IMG/VR virus record: IMGVR_UViG_3300045837_000016
Span: 1 to 48,515 of that record
Length of the DNA stretch: 48,515 nt
DNA from: a virus
Taxonomy: Duplodnaviria; Caudoviricetes
Reading direction: 5' to 3' (one strand)
This document shows positions 18,084 through 27,831 of the stretch, piece by piece. The notes under the pieces are model-generated. The model searched no databases and was not told the DNA's origin. It worked only from the letters and a program-made list of their open reading frames with translations. How positions within the stretch are numbered: the first letter of the stretch is position 1; the number at the start of each line of letters is the position of its first letter. A program made the position numbers and the translations under genes.

Positions 18084-18341
18084 CTAGTGGTGGACGATCA
18101 GTGCGGCGAGATAGGTGAGAAACGCGCCCGCGCCGGCGCTGCCCAGTCCGACGATCACAGCCCGCCGCGCCCCGTCGGTCGCATCCCTGACCTTGACCAG
18201 CATGTTGATCCCCTCCTGCCAGACCTCGATCTTGCGCACCCGGCCGTTGGTTTCCTTCTGGAGCGCCTTGACCTCCAGCACATCCTCGTGGAGCGCTTCG
18301 ATGCGATCAGCGAGCTCGGCGTTGGTCAGGTCACGCGGCAT
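18084..18341 (-). CDS. Holin/lysis-associated protein (coiled coil plus C-terminal TM)
   Basis: KETNGRVRKIE motif, TM tail; directly upstream of the endolysin. Confidence 0.6.
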   Translation of the reverse strand: MPRDLTNAELADRIEALHEDVLEVKALQKETNGRVRKIEVWQEGINMLVKVRDATDGARRAVIVGLGSAGAGAFLTYLAALIVHH

Positions 18342-18849
18342 CTGAAGCCTCGGGAAGCGCGGGCGCGTCAGGCACCTGGATGACCCCCAGTTGCACAAGC
18401 GACCGGATGATCTCCTCGGCGTTGCGTGTCTGGGTGATCTGCGTCGGGCGGCCGGTCAAAGACAGCACCTTGTCAGTGGAGGTGGCCGCGACCTTGCTCA
18501 GGTTCGCGGCTGCCCTGGCCGGATCTCGCTCCTCGCCTGACTCCAGCGCGTCGGTGGCCTTTTCGACGGCGAGGCGGGCGGCGTTGGTGGCGATGATCGC
18601 CACGTCTCGAAGCTCCTGGGTGAGCTGCTCCTCCAGTTGGTCCTTGTATTTCTCGCGCAGCTCGGTGTAGCGGATCGCGTGGACCTGTTTCCAGTTGCGC
18701 AGAGTGCTGTCTGACACGTCGAGCTTGCCCGTCTCCTTGAGATAGCGGGCGGCGCGGGTGGGGCTGCCCGCCCAGGCGACGAGCGCCATCAGCCCCATCT
18801 CGACCTCCTCGTCGGAGAACGGGTTATGGATGGAGTGAACCTGAGCCAC
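18331..18849 (-). CDS. Putative terminase small subunit (HTH plus oligomerisation helices)
   Basis: GSPTRAARYL..VSDSTLRNWK then a helical region ending DKVLSLTGRPTQIT; no other TerS candidate found. Confidence 0.55.
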   Translation of the reverse strand: MAQVHSIHNPFSDEEVEMGLMALVAWAGSPTRAARYLKETGKLDVSDSTLRNWKQVHAIRYTELREKYKDQLEEQLTQELRDVAIIATNAARLAVEKATDALESGEERDPARAAANLSKVAATSTDKVLSLTGRPTQITQTRNAEEIIRSLVQLGVIQVPDAPALPEASDAA

Positions 18850-18957
18850 TACACTCTCCCTCCTCGAACTTTGTGACGTCGAGCAGTCGAAGTCCACGGT
18901 AAGGGTCTGGATCAGGTTGGTGGGCAAGCGCCCCGGGCCACGTCACCCTTAAGTTCG

Positions 18958-19149
18958 CTACTTGCGCTTGTCGGACCGGATGACGGCGCTCATCGGACGC
19001 CCTTCGCGTCCAGCCTTGGCGAACGCGCCGGGGTCACCCTCAGCGGCTGCCTTCTTGCGGCCGATCGCTGCGGCAAGCGCCCGCGGATCCCGCACGCCAG
19101 GCCGACCGGCTAGCTTCGCGGCAAGGCGATCGAAGTTGCTCTCTGCCAT
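18958..19149 (-). CDS. Small basic virion-associated protein
   Basis: FDRLAAKLA..VRDPRALAAAIGRKK. Confidence 0.6.
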   Translation of the reverse strand: MAESNFDRLAAKLAGRPGVRDPRALAAAIGRKKAAAEGDPGAFAKAGREGRPMSAVIRSDKRK

Positions 19150-19160
19150 CGTGCGCTCCT

Positions 19161-19337
19161 TTACTTACTGAAGTTGCCGGTCGCGCCCGGCCCGATCACA
19201 GGAATGTCCGCCTTATCGGTCGGATCGCTCACCGCCCACTGAGGCAGATACTTCGCAGGCGGGGACGGACGCGAAGCCTGCGTCTCCGCCAAGAGAGCCG
19301 CCAACAGTTCCAGAGGGGTGTGCTTCTTCTCGCTCAT
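19161..19337 (-). CDS. Hypothetical protein (58 aa, MSEKKHTP...)
   Basis: Manual translation; TGATG coupling. Confidence 0.5.
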   Translation of the reverse strand: MSEKKHTPLELLAALLAETQASRPSPPAKYLPQWAVSDPTDKADIPVIGPGATGNFSK

Positions 19338-20434
19338 CAGAACGGCACCTGCTGCCCGAACGGTCCCGGAGCACCCGAGTCCGCGTAGCCGATCTCAAAC
19401 CATCCCGGCACCGTCGCGTTCCCCACCGGGCTCTTGCCCGTGTGCGAGATCACCTCGCCAGCCGAGACGTGCTGGCCGGGGGCGACCGCGGCGAGCGTGT
19501 GCCCGAAGTACAGGGTGTGCCCCGCCTCCGGGCCCGACGTGAAGTGAACCTCCGGGTAGGAGGGTCCGAACCCGCCCGGGTCTGACTTGACCGCGACCAC
19601 GACACCGTCACCGTTGGCGACGATCGCGCCGCCCGGATTGGTCTGCCCGTCGCGACCCTGATCCTTGCGCCCCTGAATGTAGGTCGCGCCCTTGGGGAGA
19701 AACCCTCCCGCGATCGTGCCCTCCCGCAGCACTGGATGCAGACTCAGCGGCACCCCGGCCACCTTCTCCAGCACGGTCTGCGCGCCCTGATAGTCCGCCG
19801 GGTTCGGCTCTGATGTGGTGAGCCTGCCGGTCAGCAGCGCCGGGTTCGTGAGCCCCTCAAGCCCGGTCTTCGGTGCCCCCGCCAGATACGGGTCCTTGGA
19901 CGGTGACAGAGCGTTGTTCTGCTCCAGATACCTCCCCGCCGCGTAAGCACGCTGGGCCTGCTGGAACCCCGCCTGGTCAAACGTGGGGATCCTGACGCCA
20001 ACCGTCGTCGCGGTCGGAGCGCCAAACCGCATACCTGCCGGGAAGGTGGCCAGCGCGTGCCCCTTCAGCTGCGGGGCGAGCCGGCTGGCCTCCGCCATCA
20101 CCTGCTGCGCGTAGCTCATCTGCGGGTTGCCCGGACCGCCGTTGTAGGCGCCGATAGCCCTGAGAGGGTTCTGCTGGTAGCCGTACTGGTTGAGCAGCTT
20201 CGCCGCCCCGAAGATCTCCGAGCGCGGGTCGTTGACGTTGACGCCGATGCTCTGAGCCGTGCCGGGCTCGAACTGCATCATCCCCCGCGCACCCGTCGAG
20301 GAGGGTCCCGTGTTCGCGCCGAGGTTGGACTCCACGCTCGCGATCCCGGCGAGCACCGCGGGAGGGATCTTCTCCTGCGCGCCCGCGGCGTTGAACAGGG
20401 ACGCGAGCCCCGGAGAGACGTTGCCGCCAGCCAT
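19337..20434 (-). CDS. Virion peptidoglycan hydrolase: SLT transglycosylase plus M23-like domain
   Basis: VESNLG..GARGMMQF..AYNGGPG; C-terminal GAIVANGDGVV..YFGH..GQHVSAGEVISHTG. Confidence 0.85.
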   Translation of the reverse strand: MAGGNVSPGLASLFNAAGAQEKIPPAVLAGIASVESNLGANTGPSSTGARGMMQFEPGTAQSIGVNVNDPRSEIFGAAKLLNQYGYQQNPLRAIGAYNGGPGNPQMSYAQQVMAEASRLAPQLKGHALATFPAGMRFGAPTATTVGVRIPTFDQAGFQQAQRAYAAGRYLEQNNALSPSKDPYLAGAPKTGLEGLTNPALLTGRLTTSEPNPADYQGAQTVLEKVAGVPLSLHPVLREGTIAGGFLPKGATYIQGRKDQGRDGQTNPGGAIVANGDGVVVAVKSDPGGFGPSYPEVHFTSGPEAGHTLYFGHTLAAVAPGQHVSAGEVISHTGKSPVGNATVPGWFEIGYADSGAPGPFGQQVPF

Positions 20435-23400
20435 CAGGGAAGCAGGTAGCCCCCGCTACCAGATGAGGACTGACCACCGAGCAGATACCCGCCACCACCC
20501 GAACTGGTGCCACCGAGCAGGTAGCCGCCCGAGGAGCCAGCGGAACCAGAAGGTGCGCCGAATGCCGGTGATGATGTCGCTCCCTGGGCCCGCTCGAAGC
20601 TGTAGAACGGGTTGAAGATCCGATTGGCCACCACCGTCTGCCCCTTGCCCTGCTCTGGCTGCGGGCTCAGGACCGTGCTCGTCCCGTACGCCGGCTTGCC
20701 ACCCTCCTCAGCCAGTCGCACATACCGAGCCGCTGGGAGAAACGACTCCAGCAGGTTGTTCAAGGCGGCGGCGAGCGCCTGGCTCGACTTCGCTTTCACA
20801 TCGCCGGTCGGGCTCTTGAGCGGCCCCTCCCCGAACGAGTTGACGCCCGCGTAGTTGTACAGCGACCCCTCGACCTCCGGAAGAAACGCGCCCGGCGCAA
20901 GCTGCTGGCCCTCCACTAAGCCCGCAAGACTCGGAGTGGTCGAACTCGGGCTGAAGATCCCGAACGGCGAGATCCGCGCAAGCTCCTGCATCGCATACAC
21001 GTTCAGAGGAGCCTGCTTGCCGTCGGCGACATCCTGGTTGATCGTCTGCCGCAGGCTCGCCAACAGCGCGGAGGCGACCGGATGATGCGCCGGCAGCGTC
21101 CACAGCACGTACTTGGCAGCGTTCAGATACCACGGCAGGAACGGGGCGATCGACTGCACCGCCGAGCGGACCCGCGGGCTGAACTTGTTGTACTTGCCGA
21201 ACGTGTCGTCGATCTGGCGTCCGAACTTCGCCACCAGTGTCGGATCGGATTTCAGCCGTGTGGCGAGCTGATCGAGCGCCTGCCCCTGAAGCTTCACGGC
21301 GTTCTGCCATGAGAAGCCGAACGACTGGATCTCCTGGTGGGCAAGCTTGCCGAGCCCCATCACGCGCGCGTTGTGCTCGAGCGTGTACATGGCATGGCCG
21401 ACCGTGTCGGCATAGCGGTTGTGGGCGGCGATCAGCGCGCGGGTCGGAGGGAAAGCGTGCACCGCAGCGGTGACCGGCCCCTGGTTGGGGTTGAAGACGG
21501 CAAGCGGGTCGCGGCTGTTGTAGAAGGTCGCGTTGACCATCTCCATCAGCGCAGCACGCCCCTCCTCAGAGGTCTGCAAGCGCTTCATCAACGCCCGCCC
21601 ATCCCGCAGATACCGAGGGTCCAGGGTTCCGGCGAGCATGCCCCTGAGCGCGGCCTCTGAGCCGATCTGGGTCATCCAGTGCGTCGAGTACGGCAGGACG
21701 GTGCGGCGGAACTGTTGGGTCACTCGTCCGATCGACCGCAACATGCTGTCGGTGCGCGCGAACTGCTGGCCGAACCGTTGCGCCGCTACGCTCGGGATCA
21801 GCGTCACGTTGCGGGCGGTGGAGTGCTGCGCGTCCTCGATCGCGTTCGACAGCGCCTTGAGTTCGATGCCGCTGATGTTGTTGAGCTCGTTGGGATGCTG
21901 GAGATCCTTGACCTCGTTGAGAACATGCGCCGGCGCGACGCTGATCGGCGTGAGTTCGGTCGCGTTGGGGATCGGGTTGCCGTGATCGTCGACCAGTGCA
22001 GAGCGGGCGAAGCGGTTGGCCTCGTCGCGGGTGAACAGGCCTCGCCGGATCAGCGCCGCCTCATTGCGCGCTGATTCGATCGTCCGCTTCCCGGCTCGCG
22101 CGTCGGCGAACACCTTGCGGATGAGATCGGCCTGCTGCGCCTTGGGCATCTTGATTCCAAGCTGGTTGACGACCTTGTCGTGCAGGCTGGCTTTCGTGAC
22201 CGCCTCGGCGCGCGAGGCGACCTGGCCCGCCAAGCCTTCGTAGGTGTGGTCGTAGTGGCCGTTCTTGAACGCGCGGCCGGTGAGCCCGTGGCGGGTGAGC
22301 GAGCCGCGAGCCAGCTTGTACGCCTGGTAGAAGTGCGCCGGGCTGACCTTCCCCGGCAGGTGCGCGATGTACGCCGGGTCGGGAACCCCGTTGGCTTTGA
22401 GATGGTCGAAGATCTCTTGCGTGCTGAGTGGAGCGCCGCTGGCCGAAACGAACCTGTCCATCACCGGGTCGTGCGTGGCACCCATGTGCGTCATCGCGTA
22501 CGGCAGAACCGCACGCCTCGCCGCCTGCTCCTGATCAAGCAACCCCTTGGCTACGAGGTAGGCGTCCTGCGCTTTGAGCGCCGGGCGGATCGCCGCTGCC
22601 GCCTCAAACGCCTTGGGCAGTAGTTCGGGGTGCTGTAGCGCGGTGGAGAGATCCTTGACCTGACGGCGGTTCCAGATCTCCTGCACGGTCCGCTTGCCGG
22701 TCTGCGCCGCCTTGAGCCGGTTGATCTCGTGCGTGATGTCAGCGACCGCCGTCTCGGGCTTGCGGACCACGCCTTGGAGGATGTGGGTGACGACGTTGCG
22801 GACCTCTTTGGGGGGAGCGGTCTTACGCACGGCGTCGAGCGCCTGCCCGCGCTCTGCCCTGCCGGCCATCTGCCGGACGGCGGTCATCTCATCGACGCGC
22901 CGGTTGAGCTTCGCCTCCGCGCCGATGTTGAAGGCGTGAGCCAGCGACGGGTGCAGGTACTTCGGCGCGGGGCGTGCGATGTTCGGGTTGATGCCGCGCT
23001 TGCGCAGGTAAGCTTCGCGAGCCTTCTGCATCGACTTGGTGATGAGATCCGGGCTGTAGGAGCGCGCTTCGGTGATCGGCGACGGCTCCCCGGCAATCGT
23101 GCCGAGACTCAGCGGCTCGCGCACGGTCGATGCGGCCGACTTCGCCGCATCGCCCAGTAGCCCCGCTCGCGCCGCACCCCCCGCCGCGCGCCCGATCGCC
23201 GCCTTGCCGCCCAGCAACATGAGCAGCGAGTTGACCGGATGCTGACCGATCGTCTGCCCCGGATGCTCCGCGAGCTGCACGTACGGGTCGACCAGCGCCT
23301 TGACCGCGTTGCCCTCATGACCGGTGACGATGTCCTTGCCGACGCTGTAAAGGCCCTCAACGGTGGTGGCCGGGAGGTTGTAGATGTCGCTGCCCGCGTT

Positions 23401-23886
23401 CTTGAGCGTCTGGAGCGGATGCCCGAACTCGTGCGCTGCAATGTCCGCGAGCGGGAGTGCGCTGACCACCGCCGACGCCAACCCGCCGCCCTTGGACTGC
23501 CCGAGGTTCAGTTGCCGGATCGCATGCTGCACAGTCGCCGGTAGCGACGAGCCGACCGGCTTGGACATCCACTCGCCGATCGCCTCCTTGACAGCGCGCG
23601 TGGTCACCGGATCGGCACGGCCCGCAGCCACACCGCGGATGATCGCCGCCTTCTGCGCCGGCGGCTGATGGTTCAGGACCGCCTTGGTCGCCGCGACGGT
23701 GTTCGACACCGACCGGCCAGCGCCGGGGAGCTGCGAGGGCGCGCCCTTCAGCTGGGGAGCCTGCGTCGCCCCATAGGTGCGAGCACTCCCCGGAAGCCCG
23801 GTGGGCGCGTTCGCTGCCGGGGGCCCGACACGGAACGGGGCGCGCGGCAGGACAACCGGCTTGCCGGTATCGCCGAGAGCGGGCAT
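20434..23886 (-). CDS. Large internal virion/ejection protein (~1150 aa)
   Basis: Start MPALGDT at 23886; size, position and C-terminal RSAVQSIAPFLPWY resemble podovirus core proteins. Confidence 0.7.
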   Translation of the reverse strand: MPALGDTGKPVVLPRAPFRVGPPAANAPTGLPGSARTYGATQAPQLKGAPSQLPGAGRSVSNTVAATKAVLNHQPPAQKAAIIRGVAAGRADPVTTRAVKEAIGEWMSKPVGSSLPATVQHAIRQLNLGQSKGGGLASAVVSALPLADIAAHEFGHPLQTLKNAGSDIYNLPATTVEGLYSVGKDIVTGHEGNAVKALVDPYVQLAEHPGQTIGQHPVNSLLMLLGGKAAIGRAAGGAARAGLLGDAAKSAASTVREPLSLGTIAGEPSPITEARSYSPDLITKSMQKAREAYLRKRGINPNIARPAPKYLHPSLAHAFNIGAEAKLNRRVDEMTAVRQMAGRAERGQALDAVRKTAPPKEVRNVVTHILQGVVRKPETAVADITHEINRLKAAQTGKRTVQEIWNRRQVKDLSTALQHPELLPKAFEAAAAIRPALKAQDAYLVAKGLLDQEQAARRAVLPYAMTHMGATHDPVMDRFVSASGAPLSTQEIFDHLKANGVPDPAYIAHLPGKVSPAHFYQAYKLARGSLTRHGLTGRAFKNGHYDHTYEGLAGQVASRAEAVTKASLHDKVVNQLGIKMPKAQQADLIRKVFADARAGKRTIESARNEAALIRRGLFTRDEANRFARSALVDDHGNPIPNATELTPISVAPAHVLNEVKDLQHPNELNNISGIELKALSNAIEDAQHSTARNVTLIPSVAAQRFGQQFARTDSMLRSIGRVTQQFRRTVLPYSTHWMTQIGSEAALRGMLAGTLDPRYLRDGRALMKRLQTSEEGRAALMEMVNATFYNSRDPLAVFNPNQGPVTAAVHAFPPTRALIAAHNRYADTVGHAMYTLEHNARVMGLGKLAHQEIQSFGFSWQNAVKLQGQALDQLATRLKSDPTLVAKFGRQIDDTFGKYNKFSPRVRSAVQSIAPFLPWYLNAAKYVLWTLPAHHPVASALLASLRQTINQDVADGKQAPLNVYAMQELARISPFGIFSPSSTTPSLAGLVEGQQLAPGAFLPEVEGSLYNYAGVNSFGEGPLKSPTGDVKAKSSQALAAALNNLLESFLPAARYVRLAEEGGKPAYGTSTVLSPQPEQGKGQTVVANRIFNPFYSFERAQGATSSPAFGAPSGSAGSSGGYLLGGTSSGGGGYLLGGQSSSGSGGYLLP

Positions 23887-23890
23887 CGGG

Positions 23891-25393
23891 TTACAGGCCG
23901 CCGGGCAGGCCAGTGCTCCCCGGCGCGAGAACCGTTCCGGTGCCGGGCGGCATGAGCGGGTTTGACCCCTGCGGCTGACGGACCGTGATCGGCTTGCCGT
24001 TCCAGGTGCCCCCGCGCAGGCCCGCCGCACGCAGCAGCTTCGCCGTCGAGGGGAGAACCTGCCCCTGCCAGCCGAGCAGCTCGTACGCCGCCTCGATGAA
24101 CAGCGCCGACTGCGCCGGGAACCCTTTCTGCATCCGGCCGAGCAGCAGCGCGTTCTTGATCGTCTGCGCGCTCTCCCCGGCCTTCTGCGCCTGCTGGATG
24201 AGCGTCGACATTTCGTCGATGTTGCGGTAGATCGTGTTCTGCTGATCCTGCGGCAGCGGCTTGGTGAGTCCCGTCTGCGACGCCTTGAGGTTCAGCGCCG
24301 CCTGCTTGAGCGCCTGCGAGGCCTGATCGTTCTGTGTCTTCTCGGCAAGCTGGGAGGCGTGCAGGGTCTGGTTGGCGAGATCGTTCTGCTGCTGCACCGA
24401 CAACTGCTTGCCCTTCAGCAACTGGTTGGTGAGATCGTTCTGCTGCTGGATTGAGAGCGCGGACGCCTTGAGCTTCTGGTTGGCGAGATCGTTCTGGGCG
24501 GTGACGTTCGTCCGGTTGATCGCGTTCTGCAACGTCGCCGACTTGATCCCCAGCCCAGCCTGCGCCACCTGATAGTTGCGCTCCGCCGCGCGGAGCTGCC
24601 CCAGAGACGTGCCGATCAGCGCGCCGCGCTTCTCCTGCTCGGCGGCGATCTTCGAGTTCAACCCCTCGTTGGAGATCTGCCCCGCCCGGCCCAACGCTGA
24701 GATCGCGTCAGTCGCCTCCCGGTCCTGAGCCAAGCGACCCTGGTTCGCCTGACCCTCCAATGCTGCGGACTGCTGAGCGCCGAAGTTCTGGGCGGCCTGA
24801 GCGTTCTGGAGCGCGAACCCCTGCTGCTGCGCGGAGGCGGCCTGCATGTCAGCCAGCGACGAGCCAGCCAACCCCTGAGCGTTCATGTTCGCCAGCGGCC
24901 CCCCGGTCTGGAACTGGTTGCTGATCCCCTGGAGCCCCTGCTGGGTCTGCGCGCTCGTGCCCTGAAGCGTGCTCTGGAGGTTCGAGCCGATCTGCTGTGA
25001 CTGGTTGACAGCGTCCTGCGCGTCCTTGGCCATCTGAAGGTAGTAGCCGAAGTCGGTGTTCTGCTCGCCCTGCACGTTGGCGTTGTTCTGCTTGATCTGG
25101 GACTGGAGCGCTGAGATCGTCGGCTGGGTCTGAGCGTCCGCGAGCTGCACCGCCGCGTTGTAGAGGTTCTTGCCCGACAGGGTCTGGTTCGGGTCAAGCA
25201 GCGGGTTGCTCACCCTCGGAGCGCGCGACCGCGGCGTCGTCGTCTTCGGAGCCGAGGGCTTGGCGACCTTCGGGCCGGTCGCGATCTTCGCCGGCGCGTT
25301 GGTCTTCGGCATCGGCGCGCCCGTACGGATCGACGGACGGTTGACCGTGATCGAGCCGTTGCCCCGCGGGGCGTCAGTGATGATCGTCGCCAC
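23891..25393 (-). CDS. Gln/Ala-rich ejection (DNA transfer) protein
   Basis: Q/A/N-rich helical protein with 20-aa QNDLxNQ repeats. Confidence 0.7.
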   Translation of the reverse strand: MATIITDAPRGNGSITVNRPSIRTGAPMPKTNAPAKIATGPKVAKPSAPKTTTPRSRAPRVSNPLLDPNQTLSGKNLYNAAVQLADAQTQPTISALQSQIKQNNANVQGEQNTDFGYYLQMAKDAQDAVNQSQQIGSNLQSTLQGTSAQTQQGLQGISNQFQTGGPLANMNAQGLAGSSLADMQAASAQQQGFALQNAQAAQNFGAQQSAALEGQANQGRLAQDREATDAISALGRAGQISNEGLNSKIAAEQEKRGALIGTSLGQLRAAERNYQVAQAGLGIKSATLQNAINRTNVTAQNDLANQKLKASALSIQQQNDLTNQLLKGKQLSVQQQNDLANQTLHASQLAEKTQNDQASQALKQAALNLKASQTGLTKPLPQDQQNTIYRNIDEMSTLIQQAQKAGESAQTIKNALLLGRMQKGFPAQSALFIEAAYELLGWQGQVLPSTAKLLRAAGLRGGTWNGKPITVRQPQGSNPLMPPGTGTVLAPGSTGLPGGL

Positions 25394-26218
25394 TTACCTC
25401 TTCCCCTTGCCGATGTTGCGGTCAGAGAGCTGCACCACCTGGCGCGGCGTGCCCTTCCCCTCCGGGACTCGCGGCAGCGCCACCGTCTGCCTGCCCGCCG
25501 GGGAGGGAGCACCGGCCGGGACCGCCAGCGGCGCGGGACCAGCGGGAGCGGGAGCGGCGCTCGCGTCGGTGCCGAGCGTCCCGTCGGACTTCGCGACGTT
25601 CGCCTGCTCGCGCGCAGCCGCCGCGAGCTGAAGCGCGATCGTCTCAGCCGACAGGCCCTGCTGGATCCCGGCGATCGCGGCGTTCCAGTTGCTCACATCG
25701 TTCTGATACTTCGTGTAGTACTGCTGGGTGGCGGTCTGCGCGGCCTGGTTTAGCTGCCCGATCGTGTGCCCCAGCGCCCCCAGCGCGAACCCTCCCCGCT
25801 GGTTCTCCGCATCCTCAGCGCGGGTGACGTTGTTCTGGAGCGCGAGCTTGGTCGCCGCCGCCTGCTGCTGGTAGGTCGTCCCCGCGTTGGCGATGTTGCG
25901 GTTCAGCCCGGCGATCTGCTCGTTGGCTTTCGCGGTCGCGTCCGCCAGCGCGTTGATGTACTGCGCATCCCCCTGAAAGCCCGCGGCCGGCGCCGCACCC
26001 GAGGCTGCTGGCGCAGGAGCGGAGGAGCCGGCTGCCGTGTTCGCCGAGGGCGTGGTCCGAGGGATCGCCTTGACCGCGCCGGGGATCGAGATCCCCTTCG
26101 TGCCCGGAGCCGCCGTAGTGCGCGGCACCGCCTTGAACGCCGACGGCAGCGAAATACCCTTCGAGATCGGAGCCGGCGGCTTTAGCGCCGCGCCCAACTG
26201 AGGGAAGCCTTGAGCCAC
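25394..26218 (-). CDS. Ala/Gln-rich ejection protein
   Basis: Composition and position; AAGGAGG RBS. Confidence 0.65.
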   Translation of the reverse strand: MAQGFPQLGAALKPPAPISKGISLPSAFKAVPRTTAAPGTKGISIPGAVKAIPRTTPSANTAAGSSAPAPAASGAAPAAGFQGDAQYINALADATAKANEQIAGLNRNIANAGTTYQQQAAATKLALQNNVTRAEDAENQRGGFALGALGHTIGQLNQAAQTATQQYYTKYQNDVSNWNAAIAGIQQGLSAETIALQLAAAAREQANVAKSDGTLGTDASAAPAPAGPAPLAVPAGAPSPAGRQTVALPRVPEGKGTPRQVVQLSDRNIGKGKR

Positions 26219-26227
26219 AAACCCTCC

Positions 26228-26626
26228 TTAGTTCTCTGCGAGAAAGACAGGGAGATCCAATCCGGCGCTGGTGCTGCCGGTCCCCAGGTCCACGGTCACG
26301 TTGCCGCTGGTGTCGATCACGATCACGCTCGGCTCTCCTGCCGTGTCGCCCGGCGTCACGTAGGTGACCTCCTGGCCGGGGATGAACCCCGCCGGGAGAA
26401 TGAACGCCACGGTGCCGGTCGTGCCGCTGGTCACCGCGCCCCTCACATGCACAAACCCGGAGGCGTCCTTGAGATAGGCGACCGTGCGGGAGTTGAGCAC
26501 CGTCCAGGAGTGCAGGAGCGTAGCCGTCGTCCACGAGTTTGAGGTGAGCGTGAAACCGGACTGGATGGCCTCGAAGTTGACCAGCGCGTCCTCGAGGCTG
26601 TGGAGTTCCTGAAACGGGAGCCGCAT
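26228..26626 (-). CDS. Minor tail/fibre protein
   Basis: YLKDASGFVHVRG..FILPAGFIP receptor-binding head-like motif. Confidence 0.7.
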   Translation of the reverse strand: MRLPFQELHSLEDALVNFEAIQSGFTLTSNSWTTATLLHSWTVLNSRTVAYLKDASGFVHVRGAVTSGTTGTVAFILPAGFIPGQEVTYVTPGDTAGEPSVIVIDTSGNVTVDLGTGSTSAGLDLPVFLAEN

Positions 26627-26627
26627 C

Positions 26628-26656
26628 TTGCCTCCGAGGATGGATCGCGGTACGGT
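26628..26656 (+). promoter_or_regulatory. Sigma-A-like promoter for a leaderless moron
   Basis: TTGCCT-17-TACGGT, 6 nt before ATG 26663. Confidence 0.55.
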
Positions 26657-26662
26657 TGGCGG

Positions 26663-27190
26663 ATGCTGGGGGCGCTGGTCGGAGCAGTTCTCGTGATCGC
26701 CGCTCCCCAGCCTGCGCGCACCTTCACCCTCGTCAACGATGCCGGGGTGGCGTTACCTCGCGTGGAGCGCGCCCTCGAAGCCCAGGCGCGGCAGCTTCAC
26801 CGCTACTGGGGAACGCCGCTCGTGCGATTTGCCGCTGGCGGCTGGACGATCAACCTGCAAGCGTCCAGCGACGGGGTCGCCAGCGGCAGCCACTCAGTAT
26901 CGAGCGGGCAGCCCTACGCCAACGTCCAGGCCGGTTACGGGTGGACTCAGATCGCATCCCACGAGATGCTTGAGATGCTCACCGACCCGTGGGGGGATCA
27001 TCGGATCGCCGGACGGCTCGCCGAGGTCTGCGACCCGGTCGAGCATGTCGGCTACGACCTCGATGGCATAACGGTTTCAGACTTTGTGCTGCCCGCCTGG
27101 TTTGCCCGCGGGCGCGGAAGGTTCGATGAGGTTGGGGCTGTCACCCGCGCGTTTGAGACACGGTTCGGCTCGCCGGTCGCTCAGGCGTAG
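26663..27190 (+). CDS. Moron: secreted protein with HExxE metallopeptidase-like motif
   Basis: Signal peptide MLGALVGAVLVIAA; ASHEMLEMLTDP..EVCDPVE..VSDFVLPAWF. Confidence 0.75.
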   Translation: MLGALVGAVLVIAAPQPARTFTLVNDAGVALPRVERALEAQARQLHRYWGTPLVRFAAGGWTINLQASSDGVASGSHSVSSGQPYANVQAGYGWTQIASHEMLEMLTDPWGDHRIAGRLAEVCDPVEHVGYDLDGITVSDFVLPAWFARGRGRFDEVGAVTRAFETRFGSPVAQA

Positions 27191-27831
27191 TAGACGTAGA
27201 GCGCGGTCTGAACCTGGATCGCGCTGTTGGACGCGAGCGGCAGGCCGAGCTCCCAGCCGAGCGCGTAGTGGCCGGTGGTGAGGCCGGTGAACGGCGACGT
27301 GTCGACGAACCCCTGGGTGCTGGTGCCGGGCGCAGCGAGGCTCGTCGTGGTCTGCACGCCAGTGATGGTGTAGTTGATCGTGCCTGCCGTGCCGCCGTTG
27401 GACACGACCGACGCCAGTACGCCTTGAAGGTTGATCGTCCCGGCCGAGATCGAGTTGGTGATGTAGCTCATCCGCAGCACCCACGTCGTGGTCTTGTTGG
27501 CGACCGTGAACAGGGTGCTGTCGATGTAGGTCAACGGGACCTGGGAGGCCGACGTGGAGCTGCTTGAGCCCGTCCAGTTCGGCAGTTCGACGGTGCTGGT
27601 GGAACTCCCCACGTTCAACAGCGCGGGCGGGCTCTGCATCACCAGCCGCCGCGATCCGTTGCCGGGCGAGGAAAGCTGCGTGTCGAGAATCCCGGCGGAT
27701 GTGGCGAGGTTGCCGGTGTCGATGTTGCCCGCCGCCCAGGTGGAGATCGCGTTGAAGCTCGTGGCGATCTTCGGGTCCTCTGTGGAGTTGGGCTGCCCGA
27801 CAGTGGGCACGCTGAGGGTGAGCGTCGTCAC
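27181..27831 (-). CDS. Tail fibre/needle-like protein
   Basis: Ser/Thr/Gly-rich; follows the nozzle gene. Confidence 0.65.
   Translation of the reverse strand: MTTLTLSVPTVGQPNSTEDPKIATSFNAISTWAAGNIDTGNLATSAGILDTQLSSPGNGSRRLVMQSPPALLNVGSSTSTVELPNWTGSSSSTSASQVPLTYIDSTLFTVANKTTTWVLRMSYITNSISAGTINLQGVLASVVSNGGTAGTINYTITGVQTTTSLAAPGTSTQGFVDTSPFTGLTTGHYALGWELGLPLASNSAIQVQTALYVYYA

Noticed and set aside
23887-24030. N-terminal extension of the 1198-aa ORF
   Set aside because: Overlaps the upstream gene and reads as off-frame sequence; start placed at 23886.
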